A stretch of 64,000 bases of DNA, from the NCBI GenBank assembly GCA_964252035.1, contig OZ176206.1; one strand, 5' to 3'. The notes beneath the pieces are model-generated. The model saw only the letters and a program-made list of their open reading frames with translations. It did no database searches and was not told where the DNA came from. Source of the stretch: Podarcis erhardii (lineage: Eukaryota). Below are positions 35,427-47,544 of the stretch, in pieces. Position numbers and translations under genes: made by a program. Numbering within the stretch: the first letter of the stretch is position 1; every line of letters begins with the position of its first letter.

Positions 35427-35515
35427 GTCACGGTGTCACCTGGAAGCAGCATTAGTTCCCTCACAGCTGTCACAACCATAAGCACTTCTTCCGTCAGTGA
35501 CCCCTCCATTCCCAG
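35427..35515 (+). CDS. EDC4: EDC4 exon 16 (VTVSPGSSISSLTAVTTISTSSVSDPSIP)
   Basis: GCCAG / GTAAGC, 89 nt. Confidence 0.92.
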
Positions 35516-36318
35516 GTAAGCCCTAGGCAAGGACTCCTTCCCAGTGCTACCCACTGAGTACTTTCAAGGGCAAGGAGACTCCCTTCAGAATCAGGCATGA
35601 AAATGAAATGGCTCACATGGATATCTCAGGGAGCTTTTTTTAAGGCAGAGCTTCTGTCATCTTCAGAGTTGCAGCTGTCAAATGCACTATTCCTATTCCC
35701 AAGGAGAGGCATCCCCTTTGTTCTTCGGCTCAGTTCCCCAGAACATTTCCTGAGATTTGTAGCTTTTGCTTCATATAATTGGAATAAATAGCAGAGGCTG
35801 GTAATGAAGTGATCTTGTAGGCAGATAGTGGAGGATCCTAGACTTGCAGGACAGGGGAGGAACCCCTGTTCCTTGGAATATAGCTGTAGGATATAGAAGA
35901 GCACAGAGGCCAGTTCAGCATTGTTTACCAGGCAAGAACCACGAGGGGCCATTAGGCTTCAGATTTCTCATGTACTAACAGTTAGTGAGACAAGTAAGAC
36001 TGCAATCACTGCTCTCCCACTAGCTTCTCACCACAGCTCTGAATTACTTGAGGGAATGGATGACCACCTCTTGTAGGTCCCCTTCTAGCTTTTTAGTATT
36101 CATTGTTTCAGCTTCTCCCATACAGTGTCCCCCAAGGAAGTCTTCTTTATGAGAGCATTGCTTGGGTAACAGTCCCATAGGACAGTAAAGTCAATGGCAC
36201 AGTTCCTTAAGCATGCTGTGGTCAGAATCCTTCTCCCTGGGCTGATTTTTAATTGGGGTTTGCAAGACCACTCTCTTTTGTAACCTCTATGGACAAATTT
36301 GCCTTTTGCCCGCTGCAG

Positions 36319-36472
36319 GCCAGCTGAAGAAGTGTCTCTGAGCCCAAAGATGCAGCTTGATAGTAGCCTTACCCTAAGCGGCAGCAGTGGAAGTCTGCAG
36401 ACAAGCCCTCGAAGTCATTCAGTCCTCCTCCCTGGCCTTCCTGACAAACTGACCCCAAAGGCCCCCATCCCG
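36319..36472 (+). CDS. EDC4: EDC4 exon 17 (PAEEVSLSPKMQLD...DKLTPKAPIP)
   Basis: TGCAG / GTAAGG, 154 nt. Confidence 0.94.
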
Positions 36473-37328
36473 GTAAGGTGTATTCTCTATGAGCATGCAA
36501 AGATTTACCTTTCTCCCTGACTGTGTCATCGTCTACACTGTGTGCATGTGGTATGGGTGCCCAAAGCCACTGGAGCACAGGGGGTGGGGAACCAGTCCCC
36601 CTCCCTAGATGTTACTGACTACAACTCCCATCAACCTTAACCATTGGCCATGCTGGCTAGGGCTGATGGAAGTTGGTTGGAGTCCAACCAACATCTGGAG
36701 GCCCAAAGGTTCCTCATGCCTGCACTAGAGTGCACTGGTCTCGGGTATACTGTCTGATTTCTGCCATACTGAGTTCAATGCATGTGTTCTTCCCCATAAA
36801 TAGGAAGAGGGGGTGCCCCAACGTGGTCATTACGTGTAGAAAAATATATTTGCTTATGTAAGCTGTCCCAAGACATATAGTTGTATCAAGCTGTATGTTA
36901 AAGATATATAGGTATTCCCCATGACCTCTTTTCAGTCCTGAGTTTCCTGTGCCACCTAGAATCATAGAATTGTGGCTTATCTCATGTTGTGAGGATAAAA
37001 CTGGGGTAATCATATATGCTGCCCTAATCTCTATAAGGGAAAGGCCTACTAAAAACAAAGTAATAAAATGATCAGTAAATATTGCAAAGCTTTTAATCTG
37101 TTTCCTCACTATGTACAAATCATCATCATGTTTTCGATTTGCTGTGTTAATTGTACACTGCTTTGGGGGCATCTTCCAAAAAAGCAGTCTATATATACTT
37201 AAAATGTAAGAAGAAAAAAATGGGATTAGGAAGGAAGGTTGTCAAGACAATTGGGCATCTAAGTAAACTTCCTAGGTAGTGTGGAGAATGGAAGGGAAAA
37301 GGTTAACTTTTTTCCTTCTCTGGTCAAG

Positions 37329-37792
37329 GTTTCCCCAGGGAATGCCCCTCTTGCGCTAGAGCGGCAGGAAGTGGAGCCTCTGGTGGTGCCCCAGTCTTCG
37401 CCTACTCGTGAGCGCTCCCCAGACGTCATTTCCTCTGCCTCTACCGCCATGTCTCAGGACATCCCAGAGATTGCCTCTGAGACCCTGCAGCGCAGCTTTG
37501 GAGGCGGCCCCCCTGGGCTCCCCACAGAGATCCTGGATTCCAACCATCATGCGGACAGTATGGCTTCCGCAGCATCAGCCTTGCACTTGCTCTCCCCGCG
37601 GAATCGTCACAGCTCGGAGCACAGCCATCACTCCTTGGACATGGCCCCCAATGAAGTGGACATGCTGACTGCGCCTTCGCTGCTGGAGGCAGCCTTACCT
37701 CAGGAAAACGTAGCTTCTGACGCTGGCGTGAGCCAACCATGGCCAGCTGCCCCTGACATCACCAGGGAGACCAGGAACAGCATGGCAGACAG
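37329..37792 (+). CDS. EDC4: EDC4 exon 18 (VSPGNAPLALERQEVEPL...DITRETRNSMAD)
   Basis: TCAAG / GTACCT, 464 nt. Confidence 0.93.
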
Positions 37793-39213
37793 GTACCTGC
37801 TATCTCCTTCCTTTCTTTTGGGGAAGCACCAATCTTGTCCCTCCAGATGTTTTCGGAGTCCTCTTTCCATCAGCCACAGCCAGCACAGCCAATGGCTTTG
37901 GATGTTGGGAGTTGTAGTCCAGCAAGATGATGTCCAGGGTCACAAGTTCCCTGATATGGGCCATCACATGTTGTCTTGAACTCCCATCTCCTTTCTACAC
38001 AGGAAGATCAGCAGCTGCCTTATCCCAGGTCAGCTTATTTGTCCATCTGGCCCATTGAGTAGGCAGTGGTGGAATGTCAGGGATAGAGGGGCCTATGCCA
38101 GCCCTCTCACATGATTCTTTTAAAATGGAGATGCCAGGAATTGAACCTGGGGATTTCTACATGCAAAGCCTGTGCTCTGCCATTTCCCCTCCACCTATTG
38201 CAGTCATGTCTAGTGTTGCATAGCGTTTATGAGATTGTTGAGCTAAGGTTTTAGAGACTCAGGTTCAAATCCCCTCTTGGCCACGAGGCTCACTGGGTGG
38301 CCTTGTTATCTCTAAGGTTAACCTAATTCAGAAGGTTGTTGTAGGGCTAAAATGGAGGAGGAGAAGAGTGAGGTGCCTTGCCTTGGAGGCTATAAATAAA
38401 ATAAGAGATAATAAGTCTTCATTGACACAATTGCTGCCTAACCCCAGCTCTACTGTTTGACCCTTTCTTTTAATGGCTGTTTGGTTTGAGCCCACAGACC
38501 AGCCTGAAAGAAAATCATACTTGCTCTGGGTGTTTCGCACAGAAATGAAAGCTTCAGCACTTACTTTGTACTTGAGTGCTCAGCTCCCATCCTTTGCATG
38601 GATGAGATCTGAGACTTCAGTACTTGCCAGAGTACCCCACCATACCAACTGTCTCGAGCCCTGAAGCCAGCAGTAGGGGTGCTACTAGTGGTCCTGCCTG
38701 TGAGTGCTGCTCATTATGCAGGGGCCTGGAAGAGGGCCTTATATGTGGTGGCACCCTCGTTATGGAACATCCTCCACTCATAAGCATGGATTGCCACCAC
38801 GTTAATGGGTTTTACCAGACCCGTTTGCTTATTATAAAAGTCTTTGGAGCTGACTCTGTTTTCTCCAATTCGGCCCTCTTTCTTGTTCCATTGTTGAGTG
38901 GCATGAAAACTGCTAAGAATTATTTTGTATACTTTGAATGGTATGATACTTAGTTTGTTTTGAGTTCTAGCCAATGTTAGTTCTGCTCAGAGTAGATGGA
39001 CATAACTAACATAGGCCCATGGATTTCAGTGGGTCTCCTCTGAGTACTTATACAACCCTTTCTTACTATAGCTGTATATTTCTATGGAAGCTCACTTTGA
39101 AGTCTGTGTAACATAAAGGGGCATATAAGAAAGTTAGATAAATAAAATGAGGCAGAATAAATTCAGTGTGATGGAATTGTTTCCTCCTCTTCCCCGGTCT
39201 CTCCTGCCCTTAG

Positions 39214-39312
39214 CCCCAGGAACGAAGTGGAAGAAAAACACAAGAGCTCCTACCACAGGCACAGCTACCACCTCCTGCAGCATGACAGCCAGGATGCCAG
39301 CGCTGAACAAAG
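39214..39312 (+). CDS. EDC4: EDC4 exon 19 (PRNEVEEKHKS...QDASAEQ)
   Basis: CTTAG / GTATTG, 99 nt. Confidence 0.93.
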
Positions 39313-40125
39313 GTATTGGCAGGTGCCAATCCCCCTCTCTTTTCCCTTTGCAGTTTTCTGATGCGCTCAGCGGACGTTTCTGGGCACAGTGAATCAGTTG
39401 AATTTTCACCTTGTTTTGCTCACTGAGGACACATGCTGCCCTCTGACCTTCTGCATGCAACAACTGGCTGCTTATTGTTGGAAAAATGCCCGCCCGGGAA
39501 GGGTGCCAGCATCCCAGGCACTCCGGGGCCTTTCTCTGGAGGTCACTCTCTGCCTGGAATCCACCTTCAGTCCAGAGAGACAGATGATAAGCGACCCCTC
39601 CCTCCTGAGAGGAGCACGCTAGCAATCTTCTGGCATCTCATCACAGAAGAAAGAGAGGAGTCCATAGTCTACTGCTACTTTATTAAGACTGTACAAATCA
39701 TATCTGCTCACCTGAGCAGTACAACAGAAGAGTCTACGACTCGACTCTGCTTCTACCCAGAAGCGAAAGGAAAAACACTTAGTAACTCCACCCGGTTACA
39801 CTGAGAACTGGCTAGGAATTTGGATGTAGCATATGCCCTACTGGCACGAGCAATACCTCAGGCTCCTTCTCCTGTGACACTAGTGCCACAGGCTGGCTAA
39901 TCATGATGGTACAAAGCTGGGTCCCTTAGATAAGAGTGGAGCTATCTTTGTTAAATTTTGAAACTAGAAGCAGCTTTCTTGTAGAAGATTGTGGCAGCGT
40001 CAATTGGCGCATTACCCCAGCTCCACTTAGGTGGTTTCTGCCCCTTTTCTGTTGCTGACCACAGGGTCTGTCTTAAGACTGCTGTGTTGGGGCAAGTACT
40101 CATCAGGACTGGCTTCCCTCTGCAG

Positions 40126-40278
40126 TGACCATGATGATGAAGTTGCAAGCTTGGCTTCTACGTCTGGTGGATTTAGTGCCAAAGCAGCTGCACAGCGCCT
40201 GCCTGTGAAGGACTGGAAAGCCAAAGTGTCGCCTCGAGCATCCCCAAAGCTAAAGAGGAAGGGGAAGAAAGATGATGG
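40126..40278 (+). CDS. EDC4: EDC4 exon 20 (DHDDEVASLAS...SPKLKRKGKKDD)
   Basis: TGCAG / GTGAGC, 153 nt, basic NLS-like motif. Confidence 0.95.
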
Positions 40279-40481
40279 GTGAGCATATGCTGCTTGGAAG
40301 GTTGGGAATGGTGGCAAAGTGGAGCCTCCTTATAAGGCTGGAAACGGTGGTAGGGTTTGTATTAAGTGACCAAGCCTCTGTGAACCTGTGAAGCCTTAGG
40401 CTCTAGCTTTCCCCTCTTCACAGGGTTCACAGAGCCAGGAGGAGGAATAAATCAGGATTCTGTGCTTCTTCCCCAATTACT

Positions 40482-40680
40482 GGCTTGTCATTACGTACAA
40501 ACCAGGAATCAGGGTTTAAAATAAAACCTAGTTCGCAAAACAAGCCAGCTTCATAACTGTGATGTGAGGGTGATCTGGCTGCGACATCATAACCCACGGA
40601 TGGCTTGAAGGTGGCTTGTTTTGAAGCTGATTGGAATTTATTTTAAACCATGATCCCTGTTTTGCACGTATCAACGAGCC
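40482..40680. mobile_element. Old imperfect palindromic MITE-like element
   Basis: Arms of about 70 nt (GGCTTGTCATTACGTACAAACCAGG...CAAAACAAGCCAGCTTCA) are imperfectly reverse-complementary. Confidence 0.6.
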
Positions 40681-40988
40681 CGAAATTGGCAAAATTAGAA
40701 ATGAATCCTGCGTTTGTTCCTCCTCTTGGTCATTAGGGAAGAAGAGATGAGCAGAAGTGTAGAAAATTTGTTCTTAAGTCTTCATTCAGCTCTGTACTTT
40801 TCAATTGGTGTGTGTGTGTGTGTAGCAGAGCCATTTCCAAGTCAGAAAAGACACGCTTTATTTTTTTGAAGCAGTCAGGACATTTGTAGCAGGCCACATT
40901 TCTGGTATAATCCCCCTGGTTATGCATGCAGTGCTTGTGATGTGCAATTCACGCAGTCCTCACATTAACATCTTCCCTTCATTTCCAG

Positions 40989-41025
40989 GGATGTGCAACA
41001 GTCCCCAAGAGCTTTTGATCAGCAG
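40989..41025 (+). CDS. EDC4: EDC4 exon 21 (DVQQSPRAFDQQ)
   Basis: TCCAG / GTGAGT, 37 nt. Its phase bridges exons 20 and 22 and the size fits the 12-aa human segment as recalled. Confidence 0.85.
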
Positions 41026-41905
41026 GTGAGTATTTTTCTTTTAGAAATTCCATATACAGCAAAGCTTTCAGTTCTTCCTTCTCAAAAGGTGGGGTGGGGA
41101 ACTTTTTCTTGTGTCAGAGATCAAAAATAGGACTCTTCTCTCTCTCTCTCTCCTCAACCCTCTTCCTCCTAGTCTAGCAGGCTGCAGGGAGAGGGAAAAG
41201 TCACTTTTGCCAGTGATTCCAACTCACTGCTTGCACTGAGCTTCCCTTCTATAGCTCTGTTCATTTCGGCTCTCCCCCCCCCCCTCTCTCTCTGCTCCCC
41301 TCACTCCCCACATGAAATCAGGACAAGGCATACCAGTGCCACATTCCTTCTGTGGGGGATGCCCTACATCTCTTCCTCCTATGGAATTGTACAGACTTAG
41401 GGTTCAAAGACTCAGTTTTTAAAAGGTGGAGAAGTGGGTAAATGGACACCCCCATGTCTTATGCCCCTTTTTAACATTATTATGTTCTGGTCTGACGCCT
41501 TTTGCTAAGACTCTGGCCACTGCTTGTTTTTTATATAGTTCACCCATCGCCAACCTAGTGCCATCCAGATGTTTTGGGGTACACAAATCAATTACAGCTG
41601 TTATGATTGTCCTCATCCATCGTCTAAATTTGTTTTGGGAATCCAAAAATGAAGGATTATGTTGAGATCTGTTCATGGCAATCAAAAGCTTTGTCTGCCT
41701 CAGGAGAAATATTGACTCAGAATTCAATTGCTCTTCTGCGATTGCATTGATGTCTGGCAGACACCGAATATGATTTTCTTCTTGCTTCTGCCTCACACAC
41801 TCCACCTGGTCTGTGTTTCAGATCAAGCCTAGAAGCACTAATGGAACCTGTTTAGTAAAACAGATGTCAAGATTTTTGAAACCCAGCCAGATGGGTGGGG
41901 TATAA

Positions 41906-41908
<3 letters not shown>

Positions 41909-41960
<52 letters not shown>
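41909..41960 (+). repeat. (TAA)17 microsatellite forming the tail of an L2-type 3' end
   Basis: Follows ACCCAGCCAGATGGGTGGGGTATAAAT, the same tail as at 26290 and 59220. Confidence 0.9.
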
Positions 41961-42416
41961 TACTATTATTATTTCCATACCAAAACAAGAAATCTTTTTG
42001 GAGCTTGATTATTCCTGATCCAGTATTGAAACAACACTCAATAATTTAGGTGGTTGATCCTCATATTACTACTACTACTGCTGCTGTTATTACTATATAC
42101 CACCCTTCATCAAAAGATCTTATGGCAGTTCACAATATAAAGACACAAGATAAAAGCACAAATAAATAATTAAAATATTTCTTCATTTTTTTATTTGCCT
42201 GTGGTTTACCTACCATATTCCTCCACTAGGATACTCATCTGAGCCTGGGACTTTCTGCATCTTGAGATTTGCTAAATTTGCTTTTTTTGCCCTTCTCTAA
42301 AGTGGCTCCCTATCATTGGGTTGAACTCTTTATGTTGTTGCCTCCCATGTAACACAGAGAGGATCCAGTGAGAGTGCTTGGAGTGCTTACATTTCCCCTG
42401 CTTCCTCTTCCAATAG

Positions 42417-42597
42417 GTCGCTCCGGAGTACCAGGATGAGCTGTTGTCTCTTCTGAGGACCCAGCAGAGGGAGATTGTTGAACTGAGACAGAACCAGATG
42501 GAACTCATGCAGAGGCTCACCGACCACCTGGATGCTGTGCAGAGCTCCCTCATGGGCCACATTGAGCGAGTGGTGGATTCCCAGCAAGAGCAGGAGC
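42417..42597 (+). CDS. EDC4: EDC4 exon 22 (VAPEYQDELLSLLRTQQRE...SQQEQE)
   Basis: AATAG / GTATCCTT (U12 donor), 181 nt. Confidence 0.95.
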
Positions 42598-42929
42598 GTA
42601 TCCTTCCCAGAAAAGTGCCTTCTGGGCCCTTCTCTGTCTTGGGTTTGTCCCATTCAAAGCTGAGCGCTTATGAGGACTCTGGCCAGTTTCCGTTGGAATC
42701 CCTGATGCTTTTTTAAAACCACATATTTAAATATAGCTGACTGCCTTATGGAGTGAAGGGAAATCTCCATTAAATTTTATTGTGTCTAGTTTAGCCATTG
42801 CTCTGTCCCGGAGTGGGGAACCCCATTCCCAAGCCACGCCTCTCATCAGTCCTACTCCATGCTTTTGAATGCTTTTGCTTAGCTGGAATAAGACACTGGC
42901 CTCCTGCTTCTCTGGGTGAATAGCGGAGA

Positions 42930-42973
<44 letters not shown>

Positions 42974-44078
42974 CCTCTTAACTTTTGCAAGGCTAGAATG
43001 TTGCCTGCTGTCCAAAGGCAGGAATTGTATCCATTGCTCCACCCACTTTTTTTCTCTCTGGCCACACCCACCACCAACATTTGGCCCCCAGGAGATGGCT
43101 GCCAAGGAAATGTGGCCCTTGGGCTGACAAGGCTTCCCTGCCCCTGCTATAAAAAGAGTGACAGAGGAGAAAATATCCAGCAAACAAAAACCCATACCAG
43201 TCTAACAAAGAAAATGGGTGATATTCTTAATATTAAATCATTAATTTTAGAATGCATTGGAACAATGAGTGCAATATAATGTGTTGATTGTGCACACCTT
43301 TTAAGACCTTTGTCATATTTGTCCATAGAATTTATTCCATAGTTTCCTCTCTTCCTTCAGTGGCGGAGGTTATCCAGGAATGGTTATTTCTGCCTTCTCT
43401 CTCTTTGTAGGTAAGGCTAAACAACTGCCTTAGTGCTTGGGTCCCTTTCAATGAGAAGAGCCTCTTAAGTTCCAGTCCTGAAAGAAAAGGCGTGAAATAC
43501 CACTTGTAGAAAATAAAACTAAATATACACTGTTAACCTTCATTATAAAAAGTTTTTTAATGAAAAACATTCGGGTCCTGCTTGCCGTAAGCTTCTGGTT
43601 GGCCACTGTGAGAGCAGGAAGCTGGACTTAGATGGGCTTTTGGCTTGATCCAGCAGAGCTCTTCTTGTGTTCTTACATTTGTATCCTGCTTTTCTTCCAA
43701 GCACTCTTCTATTTTTTCCTTGCAAAAGCCCTGTGAAGTAGGGTTTATACTCCAAAGGCAATATATGCAGATAGGTGTATATAAAAACATTTTTTTCAAT
43801 TATTTTTTGCTCATGTTGGTGGTAGCGGTGCTGATAAGGTATGAGGAATGAGGATCCTACCTGATGGTTTGGGAGGAAGCTGCCCCAGGCTAGGTCAGGC
43901 TGTTGATCATCTAGCTCAGCAGCGGCTGTCCACAGAGTTGAGGGCCGAGGCCTCTCCCAGCACCTGCTGCAACTTCCTTTGTAGCCGGAGGTGGCAGAGA
44001 CCATTCGTATGCCATACATGTCTCCTACCGCAGAGCCATGGTCTCTCCCTTTGCTTTCCTTAACTCCTGCGGTTTCAG
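42598..44078 (+). other. EDC4: U12-type GT-AG intron, EDC4 intron 22
   Basis: Donor GTATCCTT, branch point TTCCTTAAC at 44056-44064. Confidence 0.93.
42933..42968 (+). repeat. (TG)18 microsatellite inside the U12 intron 22
   Basis: Read directly. Confidence 0.95.
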
Positions 44079-44234
44079 AGCGGAGGCTGGACCAGGCCTT
44101 AGCTGAGGGACAGCAGCGCAGCGGGCAACTGCAGGAGCATCTGTCCCAGCAGCTTTCCCAGTCCCTCTCCACGGCTGCCTGCAACCGGCTGGAAAGGACC
44201 ATCCGCGAGGAGATGAAAAAGACGGTGCCCCCGT
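44079..44234 (+). CDS. EDC4: EDC4 exon 23 (RRLDQALAEGQQR...MKKTVPP)
   Basis: TTCCTTAAC branch point, TTCAG / GTAAGT, 156 nt. Confidence 0.95.
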
Positions 44235-44763
44235 GTAAGTCCCGCATCTTGGATTCTGATCAGTTTGCAAAACAACAAAGGAGGTGCTTCTTTGGAAGTA
44301 GAGCAGCCTTCTCCATCCTGCCTCCCCCCCCCCCCCCCCCCGCTTTAGACTACAACTCCCATCGGTGCTGGCTGGGACTGATGGGAGTGTTGGTCCATCT
44401 GTAGGGCACCAAGCTGACAAAGGCGGCAGCAAGTGGTTATCCTGTGGTGTCCAGAAAGCTTTCTGGCATGGGGTTTGGATTTTGAAGAGAAAAACAGGAA
44501 AGGCAATGCAGCCAGCCCAGTGAAGATCTGGGTTCCCAGGATTTGCTGAGAGCAGAGCCCGAGAGTTTTCTCTGCTACAGATAATCGACATATTCCAGTT
44601 TCTTTCTCCCTGGAGAGTTAACAAAGCAGGAAGGGTTGATGCCATTGTTTCAAGGGATGGTCCATGCGTGGACCTCTCCCAAGGTCCTCATATACTTCTT
44701 CATTTATTTAACAGGGATAAAATGGGGGCATGACTTTTGTTTTGTTGTCTCTCTGCTAACAAG

Positions 44764-44879
44764 GTGTTTCCAAGACTTTGGATCCCATCACTGGGCAGCT
44801 GAATAACACCATTGCCACCAAGCTTACAGCCATTGAGGGGACACTGAAGGAGAACGTCACCAAACTGGTGAAATCAAAG
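44764..44879 (+). CDS. EDC4: EDC4 exon 24 (VSKTLDPITGQL...KLVKSK)
   Basis: ACAAG / GTAATG, 116 nt. Confidence 0.94.
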
Positions 44880-45126
44880 GTAATGGGTGGGGTTGGCTGC
44901 TGGGAGCAGATTCCTGCCAGTTTGACCGGGAGGGAAGCTGGTTTGTGGTGCTGGGGTAGCAAGTGCTGGTCAGGCTGCCCATTCAGCTGCAACACTGCTG
45001 CCTCCCAGCACCTTTTCAAGGTGTTGATGTGCTAGGCCAGACATCACCTCATATTTTTGATGGCTGCAACACCTTTTTAGACCAGAAACCTCAGTGAATG
45101 GAGCTGTGATTGTGTTTTAATTGCAG

Positions 45127-45292
45127 AACCTTACAGATGCCATTGCCCGGGCGGCTGCCGATGCCTTGCAAGGCCCCATGCAGTCGGCATACAGGGAGGC
45201 CTTCCAGAGTGTGGTGCTTCCTGCTTTTGAGAAGAGCTGTCAATCAATGTTCCAGCAGATCAATGACACCTTCAAGCAAGGCACACAAGAAT
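45127..45292 (+). CDS. EDC4: EDC4 exon 25 (NLTDAIARAAAD...KQGTQE)
   Basis: TGCAG / GTATGC, 166 nt. Confidence 0.96.
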
Positions 45293-46711
45293 GTATGCCC
45301 CACTCTCTGCTTCTCTCCTTTTCAGCTTTGTATACTGTCAGTCGTGGGAAACACTAGTTTACAGAACTGTGGGGCAAAAAAGAGCCTCCAGAAAGGAGGA
45401 ATGCCCTTTTGAAAAGCCATCATCATATCCAATAGCCTTGATAGGCTTCTCTTTCATGAATCTGGAGGGGAGTGTTTCTTAAGGCTACCAGCCACTATGG
45501 TTAAATGGAACATCCCGTGCTTGGAGGCTACCAGAAGGCTATGTAGAAAGACTCATACCTTTTTCTCCAGCACGTAGGCTTCCTAGAAGCAGCTAAGTAG
45601 TGTGGGAACAGAATTCTGGGCTATGTAGACTTATGGTCCAGTGATGGCTGCTAGCCGGGACTGCTCTTAAGGTGATAAAGCTGCAACACCTTTTGTCAAG
45701 CTCAGGCCTAAGCAGCTGGTGCAGAATACAGGAGTGGCACATTGATCCAGTCCTACAGACTATTTTTCTGTTGATTTTAGGGCACAATTCATGGTTCAGA
45801 TTTTGACTGATGAAGCACTTCCTTGACTTGAACAGCAGTATATTTTGGAGCCTGCTTGCTCCACGAGATCCCTTCTCGTTCTCCTAAACTACAAGTGCCT
45901 TCTTAGCAGTACCCTTTATGACAAAAAGGGTGAACCAGGAGGCATTCTCAGTGGTTGCTTCAAGACTAGTGCCCTCTCCATTTGAAAAAAAAAAATGCCT
46001 GAGCATCCCTTGAGAAGGTCTTCCTCTTCAGGTCAGCTTTTAGGAGTCAGGGTTCAGCTGGTAGATCAGGATACCTAATACTTGTTAAATCTTTAAGGTT
46101 CTTGAATGGGATTCAAATGGAATTGTTAGTGAGATGCTTTCTCCTTTCTTACTGCCCAGAACCTTTGATAATGGGGCAATGCTCCTGGTAAAGAGTCTTG
46201 TGGTTGCCGTTGGAGAAACACAATGTGAGCGTACCAGACCAGCAGTTTAGGCAATGGACCAAATCTCTCTGTTCCTCAGCAGAAATAAAAAAGGTGCCTT
46301 TGATCAGGGGTGGGAACCTGCATCCCTTCAGATGTTATTGGACTATAACTCCCATCATTTCCTGCCTGCATGGCCCAATGGCCAGGGATGATGATGATGA
46401 TTTTATTATTTATACCCCACACATTCAGCTGGGTTTTTTCAGCCACTCGGCTTCCAGCACATATAAAAACATAATGATGGGGTTCGTAGTCCAGCAACAC
46501 CCAGGGGGCCACAGGTGAGGCCCACCCCTGCATTAGACAAAACTCCTGTGTGTTTTTTCGTGCCTTGCTGCAGAGTTTAAAGTATGAAAGCTTCGGGAAC
46601 ATGAAGGGGAGCTGGACTTGAGGGTGATGTGGTAGAGAGGCCAGAGGCCATGGGAATGGACTCCAATGGTACCCAGCTGGCTTTTGAGTAATTGTGAATC
46701 TTCTCTTGTAG

Positions 46712-46898
46712 ATATTCAGCAGCTGGAGACCCACATGAAGAGTAAGAAAGCGCGAGAGCAGGATGCCCGGGACTCTGTGGTGAGCCAGCTGCGGCAGCTA
46801 GTCAACAACTTCCAGAGCACAACTGATCAGCTGGCAGCCACCATTACAGCCAGCATGCACTCCGAGGTGCAGCATCAACTTCACGTCATCGTGGGCAA
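46712..46898 (+). CDS. EDC4: EDC4 exon 26 (IQQLETHMKSKK...HQLHVIVG)
   Basis: TGTAG / GTGAGT, 187 nt. Confidence 0.96.
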
Positions 46899-47324
46899 GT
46901 GAGTGGCAGAGCAGATGGGGGCATCTCCCATAGAAAGAAGGGCAAAACAGAGAGTCTTGTGGCAAATTAATAGCAGCAGGTCCTGAGATCTGCATGAAAC
47001 TGACTCATCTGATCCTTCACATATAAGATGAGAAAACAGGGCACACACCCGCTTTGAAATTCCCCTGCCCTGCCACACTGGTCATAAGCAGTGCAGTTTT
47101 CTACCAGCTGGGCAATATCAGTATTGGAAGCTTCCCTACATCCAGGGTCTTCTCTGCTCTGTCTTGGGAATGGGCACAATGTTCAGAGAACAAAATGGGA
47201 ACGTTATCTGGAATTATGTACAACCAGTCTCTTGCTCCTGCAGACTTCCCACTTCTGTCCCCCCACCGCTGCCCCCCTGGATCTACACAGCCCCTCCAAG
47301 TTCCCTTTTCCCCCTTCTCTCCAG

Positions 47325-47544
47325 CATGCAGGAGTCCATCCTGGCCCAAGTCCAGCGGGTGATCAAAGGGGAGGTGAGCATGGCCATGAAGGAGCAGCAG
47401 GCTGCTGTCACCTCCAGCATCATGCAGGCCATGCGCTCTGCTGCAGGCACTCCGATCCCTGCCACTCACCTCGACTTCCAGTCCCAGCAGGCTCACGTGT
47501 TACAGCTGTTGCAGCAGGGGCACCTGAATCAAGCCTTCCAGCAG
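47325..47544 (+). CDS. EDC4: EDC4 exon 27 (MQESILAQVQR...GHLNQAFQQ)
   Basis: TCCAG / GTACGC, 220 nt. Confidence 0.96.
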
